DNA of 64,000 bases, taken from contig JAPLOM010000026.1 in the NCBI GenBank assembly GCA_026400755.1, positions 928 to 64,927 on the forward strand, in the 5' to 3' direction. The notes under the pieces were generated by a model. The model had not been told where the DNA came from and ran no database searches. It saw nothing but the letters and a program-made list of their open reading frames with translations. Positions 21,187 to 30,629 of the stretch are shown in pieces; positions within the stretch are counted from its first letter, which is position 1; every line of letters starts with the position of its first letter. The position numbers and the translations under genes were made by a program. Source of the DNA: Alphaproteobacteria bacterium (GTDB taxonomy: Bacteria > Pseudomonadota > Alphaproteobacteria > CADEGL01).

Positions 21187-22506
21187 TTAGGCGGCTTCCT
21201 TGATCGATTCCTCGACGGTGCCGACAATCTGGTCGATCTGCTGCTTCGAGACGATGAGCGGCGGCGAGGTCGCGATCGTGTCGCCCGAGTAGCGCACCAA
21301 CACGCCCTTCTTGAACGCGCGGGTGAAGACGTCGTAGCCGCGCGTCGTGGGCTTGCCCGGCACCGGATCGAGCTCGACGCAGCCCATCAGGCCCAGGTTG
21401 CGGATGTCGATGACGTTTTTGAGGCCCTTGAGCGAATGCCAGGCATTCTCCCAATAAGGCGCCAGTTCCGCCGCGCGCTCGAACAGCCCTTCTTCCTGAT
21501 AGACATCGAGGGTGGCGAGACCCGCCGCCATCGCCACCGGATGGCCGGAGTAGGTGTAGCCGTGGAACAGCTCGATGATCTCCTCGGGCCCGTTCATGAA
21601 CGCGTCGTAGATGCCCTTGCGCGCGAACACGGCACCCGCGGGCACCGTGGCGTTGGTCAGGCCCTTGGCGACGGTCATGAGGTCAGGCACGACGCCGAAA
21701 TAGTCGGCGGCGAAACCGCGCCCCAAGCGGCCGAAACCCGTGATGACCTCGTCGAAGATCAAAAGGATGCCGTACTTGTCGCAAATCTGGCGCAGCCGCT
21801 CGAGATAGCCCTTGGGCGGCACGATGACGCCGGCCGAACCGGCAACCGGCTCGACGATGACGGCCGCGATGGTCGACGCATCGTGGAGCTGCACGATGTC
21901 CTCGAGCGCGTCGGCCAGATGCGTGCCCCATGTCGGCTGGCCGCGCGTGAAGGCGGCCTCCTGGATGTTCAGCGTGTGCGGCAGATGGTCCACGCCCGGC
22001 ATGTAGGCGCCGTAGAATTTGCGGTTGTTCACCATGCCGCCCACGGCGATGCCGCCGAAGCCGACGCCGTGATAGCCCTTCGAGCGGCCGATCAGGCGTG
22101 TGCGCGAGCCCTCGCCCTTGGCGCGGTGATAGGCCAGCGCGATCTTGAGCGCGGTGTCGACCGATTCGGAGCCGGAATTGGTGAAGAACGCATGGTTTAA
22201 ATCGCCGGGCAGCAGGCTGACCAGACGCGCGGCGAATTCAAACGCGCTGGGATGGCCCATCTGAAAACTGGGCGCGTATTCCATCTCCGCGACCTGGGCC
22301 TGCACGGCCTTCACGATCTTCTCGCGGCAATGGCCCGCGTTGACGGCCCACAGGCCGGCCGTACCGTCCAGAATCTGGCGCCCGCCCTGGGACGTGTAGT
22401 GCATGTCCTTGGCGCCGACGAGAATGCGCGGGTTGGCCTTGAACTGCCGGTTCGCCGTGAACGGCATCCAGTAGGCATCGAGATTGTTGGGCAGGGTTTG
22501 GGCCAT
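21187..22506 (-). CDS. class III (omega) aminotransferase
   Basis: PLP class-III fold, lysine in ...LMTVAKGLTN..., beta-alanine/omega-amino acid:pyruvate transaminase-like. Confidence 0.85.
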   Translation of the reverse strand: MAQTLPNNLDAYWMPFTANRQFKANPRILVGAKDMHYTSQGGRQILDGTAGLWAVNAGHCREKIVKAVQAQVAEMEYAPSFQMGHPSAFEFAARLVSLLPGDLNHAFFTNSGSESVDTALKIALAYHRAKGEGSRTRLIGRSKGYHGVGFGGIAVGGMVNNRKFYGAYMPGVDHLPHTLNIQEAAFTRGQPTWGTHLADALEDIVQLHDASTIAAVIVEPVAGSAGVIVPPKGYLERLRQICDKYGILLIFDEVITGFGRLGRGFAADYFGVVPDLMTVAKGLTNATVPAGAVFARKGIYDAFMNGPEEIIELFHGYTYSGHPVAMAAGLATLDVYQEEGLFERAAELAPYWENAWHSLKGLKNVIDIRNLGLMGCVELDPVPGKPTTRGYDVFTRAFKKGVLVRYSGDTIATSPPLIVSKQQIDQIVGTVEESIKEAA

Positions 22507-22728
22507 GGCATCCTCCGCGGCGCGAATTTCCAATTGGGGCGCAGATTACTCGCGGGTCCAGAGGCCCGCAATCCGCTGCCGCTCACAAGAAAGAATCGCG
22601 GACAACGCAAAGCCCGGCGGGAGTTTTTGCGCTTCGTCCCCCGCCCCGCGGCGGGAACGCCTGCGCTGGCTTCGCCCGCCTCCAATGGCTAAGGTTCGGC
22701 GCGTTTTTCAATCCATGGAACCGCCCCT

Positions 22729-24246
22729 ATGGCCCAGACTATCCACGAGCTTCTGAAGGCTGGCCGCGATGACGCGCCCGCCCTCTCCGCCCCCGAACGC
22801 CCGTCCCTCGACTATGCCGGCTTGCGCCGCCATGTGGCCGCGACCGTCGAGCGGCTGAATGCGCTCGGCATCGGCCGCAACGACCGGGTGGCGATCGTGC
22901 TGGCCAACGGGCCCGAGATGGCGTCCGCGTTCCTGGCCATCGGCGCGGGTGCCACGACAGCGCCGCTGAACCCGGCCTACCGGGCGGAAGAGTTCGAGTT
23001 CTATCTGTCCGACCTCAACGCCAAGGCGTTGGTGATCGAGGACGGCGCCGAATCTCCGGCGTTGGCCGTGGCCAGAAAGCTGAACGTGCCGGTGATCCGC
23101 CTGAAGGCCGATCCGAAAGGCCCCGCCGGGCTGTTCACCTTGGACGGCGCGGCCGGCGGCAAGCCTGCCAAGAGCGGCTTCGCCGAGGCGGGCGACATCG
23201 CGCTCGTGCTGCACACCTCGGGCACCACCTCGCGCCCGAAGATCGTGCCCTTGTCGCAAGCCAACGTGACGGCGTCGGCCAGCAATATCGGCAAGACGCT
23301 GGCGCTGACCGCCGAAGACCGCTGTCTCAACATCATGCCCCTGTTCCACATCCACGGGCTGATGGCCGCAACCTTGTCCAGCATGGCGGCGGGCGCGTCG
23401 GTCTATTGCTCGCCCGGCTTCAACGCCCTCAAGGTCTTCTCGTGGCTCGATGAGGCCAAGCCCACCTGGTACACGGCGGTGCCGACGATGCACCAGGCCA
23501 TCGTGGCGCGTGCCGAGCGCAATCCCGAATCCGTCAAGCGCGCGAAGCTGCGCTTCATCCGCTCGTCCTCCTCCTCCCTGCCACCGCAGGTGATGGCGGA
23601 GGTGGAGCGCGTCTTCAACGCGCCCGTGATCGAGTCCTACGGCATGACCGAAGCGTCGCACCAGATGGCGTCGAACCCGCTGCCGCCCAAGGCGCGCAAG
23701 CCGGGCAGCGTGGGCATCGCTGCCGGCCCCGAAGTCGCCATCATGGACGATGCCGGCAACCTGTTGCCGCAAGGCGGGATCGGCGAGATCGTCATCAAGG
23801 GCAAGAACGTCACCGCCGGCTATGAGAACAATCCGAAGGCCAACGAAGGCGCCTTCACCAACGGCTGGTTCCGCACCGGCGATCAGGGCAGCTTCGACGC
23901 CGAAGGCTATCTCAGCCTCACCGGCCGCCTGAAGGAGATCATCAACCGCGGCGGCGAGAAGATTTCGCCGCGCGAGGTCGACGAGGTGCTGCTCGACCAT
24001 CCCGCCGTGGCGCAGGCCATCACCTTCGCCATGCCCCACGCCAAGCTGGGCGAGGAAGTGGCCGCGGCGCTGGTGCTGAAGGAAGGTGCCAACGCGACCG
24101 AGAACGACATCCGCGCGTTCGTCGCAACGCGCTTGGCCGACTTCAAGGTGCCGCGCAAGGTCGTATTCCTGGCCGAGATCCCGAAGGGCGCCACCGGCAA
24201 GGCGCAGCGCATCGGCTTGGCCGAGAAGCTGGGGCTCGGCGCGTGA
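22729..24246 (+). CDS. AMP-dependent acyl-CoA synthetase/ligase
   Basis: AMP-binding signature (LHTSGTTSRPKIV), 505 aa. Confidence 0.85.
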   Translation: MAQTIHELLKAGRDDAPALSAPERPSLDYAGLRRHVAATVERLNALGIGRNDRVAIVLANGPEMASAFLAIGAGATTAPLNPAYRAEEFEFYLSDLNAKALVIEDGAESPALAVARKLNVPVIRLKADPKGPAGLFTLDGAAGGKPAKSGFAEAGDIALVLHTSGTTSRPKIVPLSQANVTASASNIGKTLALTAEDRCLNIMPLFHIHGLMAATLSSMAAGASVYCSPGFNALKVFSWLDEAKPTWYTAVPTMHQAIVARAERNPESVKRAKLRFIRSSSSSLPPQVMAEVERVFNAPVIESYGMTEASHQMASNPLPPKARKPGSVGIAAGPEVAIMDDAGNLLPQGGIGEIVIKGKNVTAGYENNPKANEGAFTNGWFRTGDQGSFDAEGYLSLTGRLKEIINRGGEKISPREVDEVLLDHPAVAQAITFAMPHAKLGEEVAAALVLKEGANATENDIRAFVATRLADFKVPRKVVFLAEIPKGATGKAQRIGLAEKLGLGA

Positions 24247-25223
24247 AGATCTGCATCTATGGCGCGGGTGCGATCGGCGGCTACATGGCCGCCGAGCTGG
24301 CCTTCGCGGGCTATGACGTCTCACTGGTCGCGCGCGGGCCGCATCTGGCCGCGATCAAGGAAAAGGGCCTGACCCTCATAAAGGACGGCGAGACGCGCAC
24401 GACCAAGATCAAGGCCACCGACAAACCGTCCGAGTTGGGCCCGCAGGACTATGTCGTCATCACGCTGAAGGCCCATTCGGTGCCGCCGGTGGTGGACGCG
24501 ATGAAGCCGCTGCTCGGCCCCGACACCGCCGTCGTGCCCGCCGTGAACGGCATGCCCTGGTGGTATTTCTACAAGCTGCCGGGCGCGTGGGAGAATCATC
24601 GCCTGAAGAGCGTCGATCCCGGCGATGCGCAGTGGAACGGCATCGGGCCCGAACGCGCGATCGGCTGCGTCGTTTATCCGGCCTGCGAGGTGCCCGAGCC
24701 CGGCGTGATCCAGCATTACGACGGCGATCGCTTCGCGTTGGGCGAGCCCGACGGCGCCAAGACCGAGCGCATCCAGAAACTGTCCGAGGCGCTGATCAAG
24801 GCCAAGATGAAGGCGCCGATCCGCCCGCGCATCCGTGACGATATCTGGGTCAAGCTGTGGGGGAACATGACGTTCAACCCGCTCAGCATCCTGACCCTCG
24901 CGACGCTCGACGTCGTCACCAGCGATCCCGGCACGCGGGCGCTGGTGCGCGCGATGATGACCGAGGGCAAGGAGATCGGCGAGAAGCTGGGCGTCAAGTT
25001 CGCCATCGATGTCGAGAAGCGCATCGACGGGGCGAACGCGGTCGGCGCGCACAAGACCTCGATGCTGCAGGATCTGGAGCGCGGTCGGCCGGTCGAGCTG
25101 GATGCGCTTCTGACCGCGGTGATCGAGCTGGGCCAACTGGTCGGCGTGAAGACGCCCTATTGCGACACGATCTTCGCGCTCGCGCGCCAGCGCGCGCAGG
25201 TTGCCGGCTGCTATCCGAAATAA
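24243..25223 (+). CDS. 2-dehydropantoate 2-reductase family (PanE/ApbA-like)
   Basis: N-terminal Rossmann GAGAIGG and ApbA C-domain; GTG start overlaps ligase stop (GTGA), suggesting translational coupling. Confidence 0.8.
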   Translation: MKICIYGAGAIGGYMAAELAFAGYDVSLVARGPHLAAIKEKGLTLIKDGETRTTKIKATDKPSELGPQDYVVITLKAHSVPPVVDAMKPLLGPDTAVVPAVNGMPWWYFYKLPGAWENHRLKSVDPGDAQWNGIGPERAIGCVVYPACEVPEPGVIQHYDGDRFALGEPDGAKTERIQKLSEALIKAKMKAPIRPRIRDDIWVKLWGNMTFNPLSILTLATLDVVTSDPGTRALVRAMMTEGKEIGEKLGVKFAIDVEKRIDGANAVGAHKTSMLQDLERGRPVELDALLTAVIELGQLVGVKTPYCDTIFALARQRAQVAGCYPK

Positions 25224-25227
25224 GCCG

Positions 25228-25578
25228 ATGGCCACTTACGACGTCGTCCGCTGTCCGGCTTGCGCCAAGCTGACCCTGCCCCAACAGGGACGCTGCCAGC
25301 ATTGCAACGCGGATGTGTCCGCGAAACCAAGGGGTTCGGCGTCCCCCACCTATCAGCCGCGCAAGCGGCGAATCTCCACGGTGAAGTCGCCCTGCATCGG
25401 CACCTGCATGCTGTTTCCCGGCACGCAGATGTGCTCCGGCTGCTTCCGCACGGTGGACGAGGTGCGCGACTGGATCGAGATGACGGACAAAGAGCGGTTG
25501 GCCGTCATCGCGGAGCTGGACGAACGCTGCAAAATCCACGGCCCGCCGCGCCTGCCGCCCGATCCGGCCAAGCGCTGA
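25228..25578 (+). CDS. DUF1289-family Cys-rich protein
   Basis: N-terminal CxxC..CxxC ribbon and DUF1289 motif (SPCIGTCML...CSGCFRTVDEVRDW). Confidence 0.6.
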   Translation: MATYDVVRCPACAKLTLPQQGRCQHCNADVSAKPRGSASPTYQPRKRRISTVKSPCIGTCMLFPGTQMCSGCFRTVDEVRDWIEMTDKERLAVIAELDERCKIHGPPRLPPDPAKR

Positions 25579-25624
25579 CCTCCGTCACCGCCTGAAATTT
25601 CCCAGAAAGTCCCGCAACGGCCGG

Positions 25625-26623
25625 TTAGTCCGCCGGAGCCCGGACCTTGGCCTTGCGCAGACGCCGCTTCATGGCCTCGTGCGCGTGCCGCGAGCCGTCA
25701 TGCCCTGTGCCGCGCCACCAGTCGATCGGTGTCATGCTGTCGCCGTAGTTCACCTCGAAATAGCGGTGATGCAGATAGTGCATGTAGGAGGCCGCGGCGA
25801 TGCGCGGCTTGCCGCCGACGAGCACGGTCGCGAAGCCGCAATGGTCGCGCGCGGGACCGAAGGCCGCGGCGATCAGGTGATAGACGACGATCACAGGATC
25901 GGACGGCACCACCAGGTGGATCAGGACGCTCGAGAAATAGAGCAGATGCTCAACCGGATGCATGGCCAGGCCGGACCAGGGACCGGGGTTCGCATTCTTG
26001 TGATGCAGATGGTGGACCCAGCGGTAGAGCGGCGGCCAGTGGATGAGGCGATGGATGCAATAGAAATGCACATCGCGGAACCACTGCACGCCCAGCATCA
26101 CGAGCGCGAGATAAATGGGACGCTCGGCCCACGACACGGTCGGCACAGCACCGCTGGCCATCGCCCAGAGAACGAGCGCCATGAAGCAAGTCATCACCGG
26201 CACCGCGCTCAGCATCGTCCAGATGCGGTTGTCGATATGCTGGTTGCCGAACAGGAAGGTGGCGCCGGGCTTCGGCCAGCTTTCGTCGTACTTGAACGAA
26301 AACGCCTGCGCGCGCCGTGCGTAGAGCCGCCAGTGCCAGGCTTCCGTGAAGACGAAGACCAAGCCCGCGTTGACGGCCAGAAGCTGCGCGATCCAGCCGA
26401 ACAAGAGTGTCCGCATCGCTGAAAGATCGGGCATGAGAGACAGCCACGCGACCAGCGCGGTGCCGACATAGAAGACGTTCCAGGGAAACAGATAGCCCGG
26501 CAGGCCGAAGAACCATTTCAGCGCGGCCAAGGGCTTCGGCGGCCAGGCGAACAGCGGCACCAACGCCACCCCGCCTGGGGGCGCCCATCCGCCCGTGTTC
26601 ACCAAGTCGGTCCGATCGGTCAT
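25625..26623 (-). CDS. fatty-acid hydroxylase / sterol desaturase superfamily membrane protein
   Basis: His boxes (HRLIHWP, HHLHHK, HHRYF) with TM segments; start trimmed to MTDRTDL. Confidence 0.75.
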   Translation of the reverse strand: MTDRTDLVNTGGWAPPGGVALVPLFAWPPKPLAALKWFFGLPGYLFPWNVFYVGTALVAWLSLMPDLSAMRTLLFGWIAQLLAVNAGLVFVFTEAWHWRLYARRAQAFSFKYDESWPKPGATFLFGNQHIDNRIWTMLSAVPVMTCFMALVLWAMASGAVPTVSWAERPIYLALVMLGVQWFRDVHFYCIHRLIHWPPLYRWVHHLHHKNANPGPWSGLAMHPVEHLLYFSSVLIHLVVPSDPVIVVYHLIAAAFGPARDHCGFATVLVGGKPRIAAASYMHYLHHRYFEVNYGDSMTPIDWWRGTGHDGSRHAHEAMKRRLRKAKVRAPAD

Positions 26624-26694
26624 CCGCACCGCCGCCTGATCGCCGAGACGGAAACGGTATGCCCCTTGCCGCGCGCCCGCAAGGACGCGGGAAC

Positions 26695-28113
26695 TCAATG
26701 CGCGCCGGCGCTGGCGTCGGGCGGCGGCGTGTCGGCGTCGACGGCGGCGGCCAAGGCGCCGATGGTGACCGGCTTGTAGGGCGCGCGCGGCCGATAGGGC
26801 GGTACGGAGGCTTCCGGCATCTTGCGCTCGTCGGCGACCAGGGCCGCGACCGTCGGGCCGCACATGCGCCCCTGACACGGACCCATGCCGCAGCGCGTGT
26901 AGGTCTTGGCCTGCGTCAGGCCGATGGCGCCGATGCGCGCCACCTCGCGCAGTGTGCCGGCGGTGACCTCCTCGCAGCGGCAGACGATGACGTCGTCGGG
27001 CGGCAGGCGCTGTCCCGGCGCCGGCTTATAGAGAAGGTCGAGGAATTGCCGCGCGCCGCGCAAACGCGCCAGCGACGCGCGCGCATGGGACGCCGCGCGG
27101 TCGCGCGCTTCTTCCGAAATCTTGCCGAGACGCTGCGCCGCGCCCAGTGCTGCAATGCGGCCCGTATGCTCGGCGGCTTCGGCGCCCCAGATGCCGCCGC
27201 CGTCACCCGCGACGGAAACGCCGTCGACGCTGGTGGCCCCCCACGCATCCAGGCGCGGCCGCCAGCAGAGCTGCGTCGCGTCCCAGTCATGGCCGCCATT
27301 GATCGCCATGGTGACATGCACGTTGGGGATGACGCCTTCGTGCAGCAGCACCAGCTCGGTCTCGATGCGCTCGCGCTTGCCGTTCACCGCGAACGTCAGC
27401 GCGGTGCAGGCATCGTTGCCCTCGACGGCCAGGCTGCTTGCGCCCTGCCAGCGTTTCACCCCGTGCTTGCGCAAGTCGCGCAGCATGGCGGCGCCCTTGA
27501 GCAACAGCTTCCGCTGCCACAGCGCGGGCAACAGATACGGCGCGGCGGCGCGGTAGTTCGCGCCCGGCTGCGTCTCGACCAGCGCACGCACCTCGACACC
27601 CGCGGCCAGATACTGCGCGGCCAGGAGATACAGAAGCGGCCCGCTGCCCGCGAGCACGGCGGGTTTGTCAGGCACGGCCCCCGTGGTCTTGAGCAGGATC
27701 TGCGCGGCGCCGACACTCATCGCGCCCGGCAAGATCCAGCCGCGCACCGGCACCGGCCGTTCCATGGCGCCCGTGGCCAGGATCACATGGGCCGCGTCGA
27801 TCTCGCCGGCCCGATTGTCGCGCAGGACGGACAGGCGAAGCTCGGGCGACAGGTCCCACAGGGTCGTGTTGGGGCGATAGGCCACGCCCCCGGCCAAAAA
27901 CTTTTCCGTCAGCGCCATGCCGTGCGCGTATTCCGCGCCCAGCGCCGCCTCCAGCCTGGCGTCGCGCGCCTCGGCGCGGCGATAGATCTGCCCGCCCGGA
28001 CGCGGCTGCTCGTCCAGCACCACGGCCGAGAGGCCGCGCGCCTTAGCCTCCAGCGCGGCAGCCATGCCGGCCGGCCCCGCGCCCACGATGGCCAGTTCGA
28101 AGCGTTCGGTCAT
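26695..28113 (-). CDS. FAD/NAD(P) oxidoreductase large subunit with BFD-like [2Fe-2S] domain (HcnB / opine oxidase A-like)
   Basis: Pyridine nucleotide-disulfide oxidoreductase fold (AIVGAGPAGMAAA) plus CRCEEV...CGMGPCQGRMC BFD-like cluster. Confidence 0.8.
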   Translation of the reverse strand: MTERFELAIVGAGPAGMAAALEAKARGLSAVVLDEQPRPGGQIYRRAEARDARLEAALGAEYAHGMALTEKFLAGGVAYRPNTTLWDLSPELRLSVLRDNRAGEIDAAHVILATGAMERPVPVRGWILPGAMSVGAAQILLKTTGAVPDKPAVLAGSGPLLYLLAAQYLAAGVEVRALVETQPGANYRAAAPYLLPALWQRKLLLKGAAMLRDLRKHGVKRWQGASSLAVEGNDACTALTFAVNGKRERIETELVLLHEGVIPNVHVTMAINGGHDWDATQLCWRPRLDAWGATSVDGVSVAGDGGGIWGAEAAEHTGRIAALGAAQRLGKISEEARDRAASHARASLARLRGARQFLDLLYKPAPGQRLPPDDVIVCRCEEVTAGTLREVARIGAIGLTQAKTYTRCGMGPCQGRMCGPTVAALVADERKMPEASVPPYRPRAPYKPVTIGALAAAVDADTPPPDASAGAH

Positions 28114-28125
28114 GGGGCGAACATC

Positions 28126-28262
28126 GCGAATTCGGGCGATGCCGAAGCCCACCTCACCCCAACCCTCTCCCCCCTAAAGGGCGGAGAGGGAGGGTAAATC
28201 CAAACCTTCTCCGCCCCGCCGGGGGGGAGAAGGTGCGAGCGTAGCGAGCGGATGAGGTGGGG
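28126..28262. repeat. REP-like GC-rich palindromic repeat element (copy A)
   Basis: CCTCTCCCCCCT...AGGGCGGAGAGGGAGGG imperfect palindromes; shares GGTGCGAGCG-AGCGA--GGTGGGG block, in inverted orientation, with the element at ~34435-34560. Confidence 0.5.
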
Positions 28263-28300
28263 ACCGCCGCATTGGGGCATTGTCATCACTCTCCCGACGC

Positions 28301-28612
28301 TCACGACTCCGCCTTCCCGCCCAACGCGCGGGCGCCCATCTGGCGCGTCACCACCATGCCCTCGCGCGCCTCGATCATGCAGGCCTGGCGGTTGCCCTCG
28401 CCGTCGATCTGGACCAGGCAGTCGAAGCAGACGCCCATCATGCAATAAGGCCCGCGCGGCGTGCCGGAGACGGGCGTGGTGCGCCCGGCCTTGGACCCTG
28501 CGAGGAACAACGCGGCCGCAACGGTCTCGCCCGCGCGCAATTCCACCGCGACGCCGTCGATCGTCAGGCGCAGCCGCGCGCCCGCGTCCGCGCTAGGCAG
28601 CCTTCGGAACAT
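28301..28612 (-). CDS. (2Fe-2S)-binding small subunit (HcnA / opine oxidase C-like)
   Basis: ~100 aa, Cys motif YCMMGVCFDCLV...ACM. Confidence 0.65.
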   Translation of the reverse strand: MFRRLPSADAGARLRLTIDGVAVELRAGETVAAALFLAGSKAGRTTPVSGTPRGPYCMMGVCFDCLVQIDGEGNRQACMIEAREGMVVTRQMGARALGGKAES

Positions 28613-29714
28613 CGAATCGCTCGGGCACGAGTTTCAAGGTGGGCTCCGGCCGCGCGCCGCCTGCGATCCAGCCCGCGATCTCGCGCGCGTGCGCGGCGCA
28701 GAGCGTCACGCCGCTGTGGCAGGTGGCGGCGAAGGCGCCCGGCATGGTCTTGGATTCGGCATAGATGGGCAGGCCGTCCGGCGACATCACGCGCAACGCC
28801 CCCCAGGCGCGCACGATCTGCGCCTTTTCCAGCACGGGGAAACAGGTCATGGCGCGCGCCGCGATGTTGGAGATCACGGGCACGGTGGTTCGGTTGTCGA
28901 GGCCGACGTCCTCTTGCGAATCGCCGATGATGACGCTGCCTTCCACCATCTGGCGCGCGTTGGTGAAGGTGACGCCGCCGCCCATGACACCCGGCGCCAA
29001 CCGCTCGGTCACCAGCACCTGGCCGCGCTGCGGGTTGACCGGCACGCGGATGCCGACCAGTTCGGCCAGCCGGCGCGTGCCCAGGCCGGCCGCGATCAAC
29101 AGCTTGGGCGCGTGGAAGCTGCCCTTGTCGGTGCGCACGACGAAGACGCCGGCCTCCTTATCGATCAGCGAGACGGTGTGGCCGGGCGAATACTGCGCGC
29201 CGCGCGCGGCCAGGGAAGTGTGCAGGGCGCGGATGGTGTAAAGCGGGTTGGCCACGCCGTCATAGGGCGTGAAGGATGCGCCCAAGACGCGCGGCCCCAC
29301 GTTGGGCAACAGGCTTCGCACGCCCGCCGCGTCCAGCATCTCGTAATCATAGCCGTCGTTGCCGGCCTCGCGGCGCAGCTGCTCCATCATCGCGGCGCGC
29401 GCGGCCACTTCCTGCTCGGTCAGCAGCAGATGCACGCCGCCCGTGCGCTTGTGATGCGTATCGACGCCGGTCGCGTCCTTCAGCTCGGCCGCGAAATCGG
29501 CCCATAGGTCGGCCGAGCGCTTGCTCCAACGCGCGTAATGCGGCGCGCCGAATCCCTTGCTCTGCACCCAGACCAGGCCGAAATTCCCGCGCGTGGCGCG
29601 AAAGGCGCGGTCGCCCTCGTCGAGGACCAGAACGCGCGCGTTCTTCGACAGGCCGTAGGCGATGGCCGAGCCCACCAGCCCGCCACCGATGACGATCACG
29701 TCCGGCTTATTCAT
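28593..29714 (-). CDS. FAD-dependent oxidoreductase beta subunit (HcnC / OoxB / DAO-like)
   Basis: DAO-family N-terminus (DVIVIGGGLVGSAIAYGL); first gene of a three-gene operon. Confidence 0.8.
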   Translation of the reverse strand: MNKPDVIVIGGGLVGSAIAYGLSKNARVLVLDEGDRAFRATRGNFGLVWVQSKGFGAPHYARWSKRSADLWADFAAELKDATGVDTHHKRTGGVHLLLTEQEVAARAAMMEQLRREAGNDGYDYEMLDAAGVRSLLPNVGPRVLGASFTPYDGVANPLYTIRALHTSLAARGAQYSPGHTVSLIDKEAGVFVVRTDKGSFHAPKLLIAAGLGTRRLAELVGIRVPVNPQRGQVLVTERLAPGVMGGGVTFTNARQMVEGSVIIGDSQEDVGLDNRTTVPVISNIAARAMTCFPVLEKAQIVRAWGALRVMSPDGLPIYAESKTMPGAFAATCHSGVTLCAAHAREIAGWIAGGARPEPTLKLVPERFDVPKAA

Positions 29715-29894
29715 GCCTGTCCGTCCCGTATGCGAAGCCATGTCCCGTAAGGCCGGGCGCGGAGGATAGCGGCGGGGAACCAAGCGCGCCAGCAGGCGTT
29801 ATGTCCGTTGAAATTGGGTGACTCGCAGTCGGCTGACGTGACGACGCCGTCCCCGCACGGCGATCCCGGATTCACATTCATTGGGGAGTTCGAC

Positions 29895-30074
29895 ATGGCT
29901 GAAACCACGAATACGAGCGGCGGAAGCAACAACGTTCTCTATTTCATCGTCGGCGCCATGCTCGTGGCGATCGTCGTACTTGGGTTCATGTTCTTCAACG
30001 GAAATCTGGGCGGCAACCGCGACAAAGTGGACATCACCATCCAGACACCGAAGATCGAAGCGCCGAAGCAGTAG
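29895..30074 (+). CDS. small membrane protein (59 aa)
   Basis: GGGGAG RBS, single TM helix (VLYFIVGAMLVAIVVLGFMFF), followed by a strong intrinsic terminator. Confidence 0.4.
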   Translation: MAETTNTSGGSNNVLYFIVGAMLVAIVVLGFMFFNGNLGGNRDKVDITIQTPKIEAPKQ

Positions 30075-30112
30075 CGACCTGCGCGAGCGGAAACGCTCGC
30101 TCCATGATTTAG

Positions 30113-30152
30113 AGAAATCCCCTCCGCGCTCACGCGCGGGGGGATTTTTTTT
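30113..30152 (+). terminator. rho-independent terminator
   Basis: CCCCTCCGCGC-tcac-GCGCGGGGGG stem followed by T8. Confidence 0.7.
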
Positions 30153-30240
30153 AAGCGTGAACGCGCGCGTTCTTCGCCAAGCCGTAAGCGATGGCCGGGC
30201 CCACGAGCCCGCCGCCGATGACGATCACGTCCGGTTTCAT
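30151..30240 (-). pseudogene. duplicated 5' fragment of the OoxB/HcnC-like gene (29 codons, MKPDVIVIGGGLVGPAIAYGLAKNARVHA*)
   Basis: ~150 bp at 30155-30300 is ~85-90% identical to 29612-29790 (start codon plus 5' leader of the gene at 28593..29714). Confidence 0.6.
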
Positions 30241-30629
30241 GCCTGCCAGTCCCATAAGCGAAGAACAGGGCGCGGAGGATAGCGGCGGGGGTGATGCTTA
30301 GGCGGAGACCTGGTCAGAAACGTCTATGGCGGGCAACTGCGCGGTATCGTGCTAATCGAACTTGGTACTAAAATGACGCTCTGAGCGACGGTAACGTCAC
30401 TGGACCTTCGTCCTAGAAGTTACCCTTGAAACAGCCTGACTAAGCTTTCAGTAAAATTTTCTAGTTACTTTGGATATTACAGAATGCCGCCGCTGCCCCT
30501 TTACCCGTCTATTGAAAACACGGATGCCGCGAACACCGCTGGCGTAAAGCCATTTTTGAGGTGGGCCGGAAGTAAACGCAAACAACTATCCAGACTTCGC
30601 CGTTTCGTCTGAGAATCTCAGGAACATTC

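Noticed and set aside
26659-28197. 512-aa plus-strand ORF
   Set aside because: Antisense to the HcnB/OoxA-like gene. Its C-terminal ...LSPLKGGEGG comes from translating a REP-like repeat
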